Positions 35,741 to 47,124 of a stretch of 64,000 bases of DNA are shown in pieces. Numbering within the stretch: position 1 is the stretch's first letter; each line of letters starts with the position of its first letter. The position numbers and the translations under genes are program-made. Origin of the DNA: Spirogloea muscicola (lineage: Eukaryota); the NCBI GenBank assembly GCA_009602725.1, contig WELB01000006.1, positions 94,341-158,340 on the forward strand, read 5' to 3'. Below the pieces are notes generated by a model. It was not told the origin of the DNA. It saw only the letters and a list, made by a program, of their open reading frames with translations, and ran no database searches.

Positions 35741-38700
35741 TCCCCAATGAGTTGTTCACGTCCTCGGGAACAGGACAGAAGCGCAGGAGAGTATATCCAA
35801 GTGTTGCGGCAGAGCAGCCGGGCGCTTGGCCAGAGTGGCGGCAGGCTCCCATGCATTGTGCTCGGGCCCATAGTTGAGCCACTTCACAAGATACTTACGA
35901 GTTTTGTCACCCACGGAGACTGTCCCGGTGTGACAAGATTGCCTTCACCTCGTACTCAAGCACATCCGCAAGCAAGAGAGGGGGCGGTTGAACGCGGCCA
36001 TCTGGATAGGCGCCCCGGAGCGGGGACACGTGAAATACATCGTGAGTGTTCCACTGTACCGGTTTACGGAGCTCATAGGATGCACTGGCAATAAGGCGTA
36101 CCAGGAAGGGATGTCCAAAGCACTTGGGTAGCAATTTGCGCATACTTACTGCCCGCAAGGACAGGTGCATTGTGCTCGGCAGTACTCTAGCACCCACGTC
36201 GAAGGACACATCCTTCCGACATTGGTCAGCATAAGCACTCTGCCGTCTCTGGGCAACCACCCAGGAGATGCCGTGCTTGTCGTTGGGCCTAAATGAGGAT
36301 GCCAGTAAAGGTGACTGCGGCCGGAACACTTCCTGTGTAACGTTCCCCCCGTTTGGGCGTGCCAACGGTGCCGGTAACCTCACATGAGCGTATTGTATCT
36401 ACCATTTGGAGTCCTAAACGGTGCGGGGAAGTCTGCTGCACTCCGTGTAGCTAAGTACGGTCCCGAGGGCCCCGAATTTCGTACCGCACTTGCAGGCGGC
36501 CTCGCCCGCCAGGTTGTCCGAGAGGCGCTGCTTTCCCCGCGCGCAGCATCGTCCGGGAGTTGTCGTACTCCTTCCCACCGCCTTTGAGGCAATTACTGCG
36601 GCAGTCTCTGCACTGTTGCGCTTAAATCAGTCCGCAAAAATAAGCCTTCCAGGGCGGTACTCCCACGAAAATCGGGATGATGCCATACTATCAGACCACC
36701 GAGCTTGCCGCCTCGTCATTTGCTGTTGAGTGTGGAAGTACTTCATCGGGCAATGATCCGTGATTACTGTGAAGTCGACACCTTCCAGGTAGCAGACCAA
36801 ACACGAAAGACCTGCACCACAGCCAGCAGAGCAGCTCTTGCTCACCGATAGTGTATTTCGCTCTGCGAGGATCAGCAGGCGACTCGCGAACGCTGTCGGG
36901 TGGCCCTCCTGCACGGGCACGGCACCCATGCCGGTCAAAGAGACGTCACAAACCTGCTCATACGGCACGCCTTCTGGAGGAAAGGCCAAAACAGGCGGAG
37001 GTGTAACTGATTGTGAGGTATTCTCGAATGCCCTCTGGCATTCGGACGACCACTTCCTGGGTACGTTCTTACGAGTGAGCTCGTATGAGAGACCGTCAAT
37101 ATTTTCACATAGGTGTGGAAACTTATAAATGGGATTTGTCGAGGATCGCAGCTAAGGCACAACCCGTAGCACAGGCCAACCCCCATACGACCAAAGTCGT
37201 CTTGAGGTCGACGCATAACCCGTTTTTAGGTCAAAGTGGCAAATGGTACAGATTCTCAACAGTGAGCTTACCCAAAGCTTAATGATCAATATACATTCGA
37301 AGACTGCCGATCATCGTCACGAAGAGGATCGGGGCACCGTACGGCGACTGAGAAGGCTCCACATGACCCTTCCTGAGCAAATGCTCCACTTGCTTTGCAT
37401 CTCTCGACATTCTTAGTCTTCCCAGTCGGTACATTGGTCTGTATGGCGGCTCAGCGCCTGACTCCATCGGATTGGTATGAGCCACACGTCCGTGAGGAGG
37501 TAGATTGTCCGGGAGAGCGTCGGTACCACACCCGAGTTATCATCCATCAAGTCATCGAAATTTCGTCTGGTGAGGACGCAGCGCTCACATACGAGTCAGG
37601 GGCAGACTCGTCACACGACGTCATTCACACAAGGTACGCGGGCTCGACCGCGTGCTTGTGCAGCAGCTTCCTTATCTGCGTGGCGGACAGCAGAGTCGAA
37701 GTCCCAGACGCCCTTGGCGGTTTACAGGTCTGCTCATTGCAAAGGATAAGGAGCCGGAGCGCTAGGTTGTAAATTTGCAAGTAGTACGTTCAGAGTCAAG
37801 GCATGCGGACGAGGCACCAAGCCAATATTTACCCAAGAGCATACTAAAATTTCCAGCCAGCTCCATGGCATACAAGACACTTTGACCTTTCGTCTAGAAT
37901 GCAAAATGGGACCTTTACAAACCCAGCACATCGGTGGGTTGGCCATGCGCACGCCCTTCAAAGCAGTGGATTCCACATCCAAGCTTTAGACATTCATATC
38001 GAAAGAGGACCCTGTGGCCCCTGAGCCATGAGGGTTCTAGCCGGTACATCAGCAACAAGCCTCTTAGCAGGCGTCGTATGTACCTCGTGTACAGTGCTCA
38101 GATTTGGGGTGTGAGCGACATAGACCAGCAGTCATGCTGGGTGCGGCCTCTTCTGAGTACTATCAACGCAAGCAGTAGGAACTGGTGTCTCGCATCAGAC
38201 GAACACAGCAGCGACATCTCACGCGGAGGTCGATGGATGACGTTGCGCCTGCAAGGCACAATGATGAACACCATGTCTTCAGGCCGACGACGAGAAGGCC
38301 AACTCAGGTAGATCTTCGCCGCTGCAAGTCAGCGTGGGACACAAGTTGAGGCCTACCGGCCTCCAGAGCTTGCAAGAGATCAGAGATCGAGCGTACAGGC
38401 AGGCCTGGCAAATAAGTCAAATAGCTTACACACAGCTTGTCGTTTGAGCTCATACATCAAAGCTTGGGCAAGGTACTCGCGTGTGCCTTTGTCATTGCCC
38501 TTGTCCCTCCCCAAAGGGACGTGCCGGCAGAGAGGTTGAAGGCCCGGGAGCCTTGCAGTTTTGAAACGGTGGTGCAAGTCAAGTACAGCGAAGCAACCAC
38601 GTGGCTCCTTGCCACATTCCTCAAGCCTCCAGCGGAGCTGGATGCGGCCCCACAGTGGGCCTCGCCTCGTTCGAGCTACCAGAGCTTGGTGAGAAGGAAC

Positions 38701-40658
38701 GCCCGCTCAGCAGGAGAGCGTGTGATTGATGGGTGACAAAGCAAGATTGCAAGCTTGCGCACGTACGCCGCCACCGATGAAAATTTCATAAATGCCTCCG
38801 TCGTGATGGGATCCACACCAGCCCAAGGTTGCATATGTGTACCTAAGCAGACACAGCGATAAAATTTCGCATATGCTTGTACATCTCGCAATTGGAGCTG
38901 ATTTTCACGGAGTTGCACCACTGGAGAGGCTCGCCAATGAGGACAGCAGCGCCAAGATCACTCTTGCCTCCTCGGCCGTGCCGCATAGCACGAACCAGCC
39001 GTGACTTCTTCCAGCCAGGCTTGGAGGCCACCAAGTTCCATTTGGCCAGTTTCCTTCTGGGGTGCGGACGCGTGGCACTTCCCATGAAGGGTGTTCGTCT
39101 ATCTCTGGCCGTGGTGCAATCCGGCGCCTGGACCCCGTTCAATCCATGCATCTGGACCCTGGCCCTTCTAGGCCAACGCTCGGTTATACCCAACCGATCG
39201 AGCGCGGCCTGCACCTCCTTGCACAACGCCTTCAGCGGGCGTAGGAGGCAGGTACTACAGCCATCTACAGCCATCGCCGCCTCCAGACGCTTCGGGAGGA
39301 GTGCGACTTGGCATGGCGCAAGTCCTCAGGCGACAGGCCCCCTTGGCCAGAAGCCACACGGAGCTGTGTCGCTCCTTGACCACTTATCCTCCTGCAGCCG
39401 GTTTCACCGGCGGCCACAAGGGCTGGGGCGCGCACTGGAGTTGCGTGACTCCATGCCTGTCAGGGGAAGCGTTGAGGGATCAATTCAGGTTTCACTGGTC
39501 AGCTTATACGTCTCCATATCAAATGCAAGACACCGCAATACTGGTGGCCATCAGCAAGCGAGCAAGCAGGACAGCGCGCTAACGCGTACCTCCAAACAGC
39601 AAGGCAGACAAGAAATTGCAGAGAAGGTCCAACTTCGGAGCACAAACCCGATCTTGGTTGAAGAGTTACCTGCACCGCCCAGCCGCTGCCGATTTCAACT
39701 CCTTTCAGGAGGCAATCCGCCGACAGACGTGATACGTGTGTCCAGGGACATTTGGCAGCCAATGCCAATGGTCGTGGCGCCGGGAGTAAAATGCGATTGC
39801 CGACCGGACTGCAGTAAAAATATACGTACCCGCTCTGGCAGGATACTCTCAATGAAGCGAGAAAGTCAGGCCAGAGCATCAGGAGGATCCGTGCATCAGC
39901 AGTCTGTAATCAAATCAGACCTGCAAGATGCAAGAATTTCTCTGACTCATTGAAGTAACCCGACCCAGTACACAGGCAATCAGGAAATCAGGGTTTGATT
40001 GGGTACGGACATAGGCGGGGAGCGAACTCCCTACAGGAATAAATTCTCGAGCATCTGCGCAGCGGAAGACTTGGCCCGTGGCGTTGCCGTCAGGCAGCGT
40101 CTTCACCTCCTGGGCAGCAGCCAGCGACTAGGCAACTGGGAGCCGGCCACGGATGCCTCGCAGCGAGCCAGCAGCGATCTGCCGGCGACGGGCTGCGGCA
40201 GCAGGCAGCAGCGCTGCGTCTCTCTCCAGCTTCAACGAACCGAGCTCCCTCAGCCGGGTCGTGGCCAGACCCTCATAGTGCTTCTCCCGTGCCACCCTTT
40301 CCCTTGGGTGTGTGGGGATTGCCCCTTGGCTACCCCGTGGGTTGTGCTTGACGAACGGGGACTACCGGTGCAAGACACAAATTGGCGAGACGGTTGTGCA
40401 ACTGCCAGAGACACGTAGCGGCGCTGTGGCGCTTCGGTTGCACACTGCGACACGGCGTCCAGCACGGCGGGACCGACCCACCTGGCGCCACCTAGCTCTT
40501 GGGCAGGAACGACACACCTGTAGCCACCTGGCAAGCCAGGTCGCGTAAGGACGATGACGGGACGTTTGCTGGAACGCCACAGGAACATACCGTGCGTTGC
40601 ACTCATGTAACCGCTAAAGAGCGCTGCTTAGCGCTCACAAACGGGTGGGAACGTTACA
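35741..40658 (-). mobile_element. Highly decayed chromovirus with 5' LTR 39951-40658
   Basis: Chromodomain/integrase remnant 35800-36330, RNase H 36627-36989, RT start 37279-37485, gag remnants and leader. An LTR 5' fragment is inserted at ~36336-36590. Confidence 0.8.
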
Positions 40659-40679
40659 CAGCCAGGCACAGTTAACATG

Positions 40680-41530
40680 GGTGCTCAAGCTTCGAATGCG
40701 TAAGCAACGTCCAGGAGCAGGCGAGGCCAACCCCTCCAAAGAGGGGTGGTGACCACGTCCATACGCCGCACGTATGGCTTGCCTTTGGCATGATGCCTAG
40801 CACATCCTTTGCTGGGTGATACCCCGCCTAGGGCACCGTGTCAGATGATATAGCATCTTTGAGTAGATTGTGGGAGGCAGTGCTCACCACCCTCAAAGAC
40901 CCTCAGCATGTGCGCAGCGAGAGTGACTTTCATCAGGTTATGTGACCAGACGCCCATTGGCCGATGCGTCCCAAGCAAAGGTGAGGTAATGATGCAGTGC
41001 TGTGCGAAAGATTGTCTGGGAGCCGAAGGCAATCTTATATCAGAACGCATTTAACTTGGACGCACCCGGAGTGCTTATAGGAAGGACCAAAGTAAGACCA
41101 CGTCCATCGTCCTCGAGCATCCCTCTTAGGTCAGGGACGGCCTGCTCGTCCGCCGCGTGCGTGTAGTGGGACTTTCTTTTCTACTGGCACAGCATGCCAT
41201 GCCACAAAGTCTGCATGGCCCTTCGCAAGTGAAGGCAAAGGAATGTAGGAGGACACGTCGTATCGTGGTGAGCGTAAGCTGGAAGGGCAGGTTACTCGTT
41301 GCCACTCCCATTTGGCGGATGCTGAAAAGAGCCTGACCTCCTCAAGTAAAGCAGCCGGAGATGGTGGAGGCCACTTGGGCGAGGGTCTTTCTGGGACGGG
41401 CAGGGCCCGCACCAGGCGGGCCACTTGCCTGGCAAGCCAGCCCGCCACCTGGACGGGCCACTTGTCCAGCTGGAGGCGGGCACCCGAAATAGACAATAGA
41501 GAGGGGTAGTCCACCACGCCGACAAGAGCC
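40680..41530 (-). mobile_element. Divergent decayed CRE-like fragment
   Basis: Minus-strand remnants LAAHMLR..SHNLLKDAI..RRMDVV..RLLLDV at ~40690-40930. The upper boundary is approximate. Confidence 0.55.
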
Positions 41531-41948
41531 CGTTGGAGGGTGGAATCCAAAGTAGTATGAAATTACTCTTTCAGCAGAGGGCGATGGCAGTTATTGGCCA
41601 GCCCAGGAAAGAGAATGAACTACGTTCGAAGGGGCCAGAGAAGCTGTATAGAACACGGCGACTCAAGTGGCCACTGGATGCTCAATATTCCCTGTTGAGC
41701 AGCCGCAGGTCAGAGAAAAATAGTCTCCGGGTGGAGTCTCCACAGTGGAGTATATGCGTCTAGTCTAGAGGTGGGGAATACAGGTAAGTAGGACGTCGGG
41801 CAAGAAAGACTCTTCCAGCCGGGCCACACCGGGCGAGGATGGTACAATGCCAGCTGCGAGTCCTGTAAGGTGGAAGAAGGACGCTTCCAGGAGAGGGCAA
41901 AGGCTGTGAGAGGCCAGCCCAGAACACGTGGGGAGGCCCGGGAGCTGG

Positions 41949-42720
41949 TGTAACGTTCCTATCCCGAATACAAATTCAGGGTCACGTCCTGTCTGGGGTA
42001 CGGACGTAGGGTTTTCATGAGACAACTCCTTACAGAGTGGAACGCCAGGGCACACAGCGCATACTCGCGCTCACAGCGCAGCGGAATTGTTACCCTGAGG
42101 CATCGCCCAAAGACGGTAACTTTACCGAGAATCAGTAGCCGTCCCACATGGGGGCAGCCATACTCTAACAGAGAGCCGACGAGGCCCGCAGCGATATGCT
42201 GCGGCGACAGGCTGGGCAGCAGGCGGCAGCAGCAGAGCTTTGGTGACGGCTGCGGCTGCGGCAGCAGGCAGCAGCCGGGCTCTCTCTCGGCGTTGGTCCG
42301 ACTAATAAGTCCGGCCCCGGCCTACTACTGAAGGCGATCCCTCTTACCTCCTCCCCCGCGAGGGTGTGATGAGGGTCCCCCAAGGTCTCCCAACTACGCC
42401 GAGGACACCACCCTAGTCGGCAGCCCAGGGGACGTGTCGGCAGCCACCGCCACCTTCCGGAGCAGCTGGCCGCCCTCGGCATGTCCATCCATGCATATAC
42501 TCATAGAGAGCCGGCGAGGCCCGCAGCGATAAGCTGCGGCGACGGGCTGGCAGCAGGCGGCAGCAGCAGAGCTGTGGCGGCGGCTGCGGCTGCGGCTGCG
42601 TCAGCAGGCAGCAGCAGGGCTGTCTCTCTCGGCGTTGGTCCGACTGATGAGTCCAGGACTCGGCCTACTACTGATAGCGATCCCCCTGCCACCACCTCCC
42701 CCCCGAGGGAGTGACCAGGG
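41949..42720 (-). mobile_element. Two partial LTR fragments interleaved with non-LTR RT sequence
   Basis: TGTAACGTTCC at 41949 and a TTACCCTGAGG motif. LTR-like blocks ~42165-42385 and ~42500-42730 are each followed by RT DDTTLVG-like sequence. Confidence 0.65.
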
Positions 42721-42729
42721 TCGGCCCCA

Positions 42730-44465
42730 AGGTCCTCCTCACCTACGCCGCCGACACCACTTGGGTCGGCAGCCTAGTGGACGTGTCGGCAGCCACCGCC
42801 ACCTTTCGGCAGCAGCTGGCCGCCCTCGGCATGTCCATCCGAGCCGAGAAGTGCGTCGCGTGGTCTCCTCGGGCCCTTCCTGTCGTCCCCTTGCCCCTGC
42901 CCCCAGGGTGCCATACTCTCCTGCTCACCATGCTGGGGGTTCATGCTGGGGGTTCCCCTCGGCTCGCCGTCTTTCGTGGACGAGCAGCTGCGCGCTTGGC
43001 TCCAGGCACCTCCGGCCGCCGGCCCGCCTCTCAGAGCTGCACGACATGCAGCTGGCGCTTTCCATGCTGACGAGGAGCATTCCACTACATTCCCAGTACC
43101 TGGCCCGATCCCTCCCTCCCACCCCGGCAGTGCAGGCCGGAGAGGCTACGCAAATTTCGATGCAGGTATCCTGGCCCAGCACAGCGGCCCTGGTCCAACA
43201 CCCGGCCTTCCTGGAGTCGCCGGCTGCGGTTTAAGAGGCCTCCCTGCCTGTGAGCCGTGGTGGTTTGGGCTGCCGCCCGCTGGCTCGCGCCTGCCGAGCA
43301 GCGTACCTGGGTAGCTGGGCGTTGCGGCTTCGGTGGCCCAGCGATTCATCCGGCTTATTGGTCGCCTGCTGGAGCAGGCGGCTGCGGACGTAGAGACCGG
43401 CGCGTTGCCTATCCAGGCGGCTCTGCGCTCGGCCCGGCATGCGCTGCTCGTGGACCATCCCACCCCGGTGCAAAGAGCAGTCCCTTTCGCCCACCTCTCG
43501 CGCACGTTCGACCTCCGGGCCCAAGCTCGCCTCATGGCGGAGGTGGATGCGGCCTCCATTGCGGCTATGGGGCTTGTGCCTTCCGACGACTATCAGGGAC
43601 GCGCACGGCTGCTGTCTGCATCCTCCTTATAGGGCTGCAGCCTGGTTGTCCTCCTTGCCCACATACGACGCGCTCCGGACGCCCGATGACGTCTTCCGCA
43701 TGGCTGTACATCGCCTCCTCGGCCTCCATCCACCCTGCCTCAGTGGCGTGGTGCAATGTGAATGCGGTAAGCGCAGTCCAGACGCGGCGTCTCTGGCGGC
43801 CCATATGCTACACTGCGCACGAGGTGAGGAGCGGACCAGCACTCACGACCTGCTACGCAATACAATGTACGGCATGTTCATGGAGGCATGTTCATGTTCA
43901 CAGTGGCACTGGAAATCTCTGGTGTCATGCCTCTGACAGCTGGGGCGGATGGCCGCCTCCACGCTCGGCGCGCCAATTTAGTCGCCATAGCGCTGGGTGT
44001 GGGGCCCTGGCTCATTGCAGACGTCGTCACCACCGGCCTGCGTCGATTTTAACAGCGCCCAGCGCTTTTAAAACTCGTCGCAGGAGGCGGGCTACGCAGT
44101 CCGTCAAGCGGCGGCCGTCAAGGAGAGAAAATACTCCGATCAAGCAGCGGGCGACGAGTTTGTCCCGCCCGCCGTCGACGTCCATGGGAGCTTTTAAAAC
44201 TCGGTGGCTCGACCTCCTGCAACGCCTTGCGAGGCGTGCAGTCGCCCGCCGCCAAGGGCAGCAGAGCGAGCAGCCCGGCTTCAATGCCGCCGGGTCGCTT
44301 GCTCAAGTGTTCAGGATCGCCTGGCCATCTCCCTGCAGAGGTCTTTGCCTTTGCCGTCCACGTGCGTGCAGGCCGCGCCTTGACTGCTGCTCCGAATTCC
44401 GTTAAAGCGACGTTTCTCCGCCCTCCAGCTATTCCGACCATCAATTACTTACTAGAGGTCACTGA
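42730..44465 (+). mobile_element. Decayed CRE-like copy (RT C-terminus to endonuclease)
   Basis: TYAADTT, LGVPLGSP, QCECG..HMLHC. Ends ACTAGAGGTCACTGA. Confidence 0.85.
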
Positions 44466-44499
44466 GAGCCTACTTGCTGACGACGTAGCGTAAAGTATG

Positions 44500-47120
44500 T
44501 TGCTTGTTGCGCCATCCGACCCTTTCAGACCCCCTCCCCTGCCTCCGTGGCTGGCCACCTTCGCACCGCCGGAGGAGGTGGCCCTCGACACCGACGCTCT
44601 GCGGCAGGCCCTGCAGAGCAGCCGTCGCGCAGCAGCTGGAGGTCCGTCACACATGCTCGCCGAGCATCTCCGCGAGCTCTTCCTGGAGGGAGAACCAAGT
44701 GACTTCCAGGCGCTCCACCAGATGTGCCGGCTCCTTGCTCGCGACCAGGTCCCGGCCAGCATCCGCGGCGTGATTTGCACCAGCACGCTGCTGGCCCTCA
44801 GCAAGGCCAATGGGGTCAGGCCCATTTGCCATTGGCGAAGTGCTCTACCGCCTGGTGGGGCGCGCGCTATGGCAACAGCACGCGGGGCTGGCCCAGGCCC
44901 ACCTGGCGCCCCACCAATTCGGCGCGGGGCTGCGGAGCGGTGGTGAGGTGGTCGTGCACGGCGTACGGGGCCGCCTTGGACCTAAAACCCGGCTAGATGG
45001 CCTTGGCGGTAGATGTCCGCAATGCATTCAACAGCGCAGACCGGGATGTCATCGCAGAGGAGCTGCGAGCGGCCTTCCCCAGCCTCCTACCCTTCTTCAG
45101 GCTGGGCTACGGTCAGCCAAGCGACTTGCTGTGGCGGACAGGGCACGGTGGGGTGGAGGTCCTCCATACCTCCACAGGCGCGCGCGCCAAGGGGATCCGC
45201 TGGCGGGGCTGTACTACGCACTGGCTCACAACCGTGCGCTGCTGGCAACGGTCGCGGCTCACCCAGGCGTCCTCGCCCCCACGTCGCGGACGACACCACG
45301 TTGGTCGGGCCGCCAGACGACGTCGTGGCTGCCTTTGCCACCCTCGGAGTGCAGCTGGGCGCGATCGGCCTTGGCATCCGCGCAGCCAAATGCAGTGCTT
45401 GGTTTCCCCAGGGCCTGCCAGCCCAGCTGCGCCTGCCCTCGGGCTGCCAGACACCAGCCGGGGGCTTCACCCTCCTCGGCGCCCCCACAGGCTTCCCAGC
45501 CATTGAAGTGGAGCAGCTCCAGGCACGACTGCTGGAGCACCTTCGGCCGGCGGACCATCTTCACACGCTGCAAGACATGCAGCTGGCGACCGCTATGCTG
45601 ACTAGGTGCAATGCCCAGCGGTCAGCGTCCGCACTACTTGGCGCGTCCTCCCTCCCTCCCTGGCGGTGAACGCGGCGTACGCGGCTTTTGACTCTGGCAT
45701 TCTGGCGAGCGCTGCCACTCTCCTCCAGCACCCCGGTTCCCTCACCACGCCAGCCGCGCTGCTCCAGGCTAGCCTGCCCGTTAGCCGCGGCGGTTTGGGC
45801 TGCCGCCCAGTCGCCCGCGCCTCCGAGGTCGCCTACCTGGGCAGCTGGGCCCAGGTCGCTGCCCCCCTCTGCCAGCGGTTCCAAGCCCACGGCATCCGCA
45901 CCTTGGAGCGGGTGGTAGCGGAGGTGGAGAGTGGCCCGTTGCCCTTCCAGGCTGCTCTCCGCGCTGCCCGCGACGGGCTCCTGGCGGCCCACCCCGACAT
46001 GTCGAAGCAGGTCGTTCCGTGTGGCCACCTCGCGGACACCCCCGACCTGCGGGCCCAAGCCGCCCGCATCACTGCGCTGGTGGACAAAGCCGCCTATGAC
46101 CAGGTGGTGAAGCTCCATCCGCTGCACGACCTTCGAGGGCGCGCCCGGATCCTCACCGCCTCCTCCCTCGGGACGGCGGCGTGGTTGTCAGCGCTCCCAA
46201 TCTACGCGGCGCTCACAATTCCAGACGAGGTCTTCAGGACGGCGGTCCACCGGCTCCTGGGCCTCCTCCCTCCCTGCCTCGTCGGGGTCCAACAGTGCGA
46301 GTGCGGTGCCCGCCACGATGACCCTGCGGCGCTGGCTGTCCATATGCTCCGCTGCGCGCACGGGGGCGAGCGGACCGTTGCACACGACCTTCTGCGAGCC
46401 GCCATGCAGGGTGTGTTCCTGGAGGCCGGCTACAAGGTAGCAGTGGAAAACACGACAATCATGCCCAACCAGCCGGGCGACGACGGACAGCTTCACACCC
46501 GCCGCGCGGACCTAGTTGCCATCCCGCTTGGAGGAGGTCCACGCATCATCGCAGATGTGGTGACTGCAGATTGCGTCGACTCCGCTGACCCCGTCAAGTC
46601 GGCGACGCTCGCCTGACACGCGGTTGCTTTGACGGCTCGGAGTAAGGAGCGCAAGTACGCTGACCACCCTCCAGGCGATGACTTCGCGGGCCTGGCCATT
46701 GACGTTCACGGGGCCTTCGGCAGCGGCTGGTTAGATCTCCTCCAGCGGCTTGCCCGGCAGGCCATCGAGCGGCGGCCGGGTTCGGCAGGCTTCGATGCTT
46801 CCGGCTCCCTCGCTCAGGTATATCGAATGAGACTGGCGGTCTCGCTCCAGCCCTCCTTGGCTCATGCGGTCCACACGCGCGCTGGCCGCGCCATGGCCGC
46901 TGCCTCAGGGTCTCGGCAGAGTGCCGCTTTTCCTGCTTCGAGTTATTCCAATTCGCTGTTGCTCACTCGTGGTTACTGAGCTTCCATCTGCATCATGTGT
47001 CTTGGTGTGTAGTTTTGTCTTTCCGGGCACTGTTTTGTGGCCTTTGAGGCCTGTCGACATTGTCCATTCTTTTCTGGGCTGGCTTTGCTAGCCCCTCTTT
47101 TTTTATGGGCGAGCCATCCT
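44500..47120 (+). mobile_element. Frameshifted CRE-like copy with 3' UTR
   Basis: ORFs 44497-44946, 44810-45601, 45606-46616 and 46629-46979 (ends LLTRGY*). 3' hairpin at 47061-47120. Confidence 0.9.
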
Positions 47121-47124
47121 ACTT

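Noticed and set aside
38877..39953. 358-aa plus-strand ORF
   Set aside because: It is antisense to decayed gag/leader and has no recognisable motifs.
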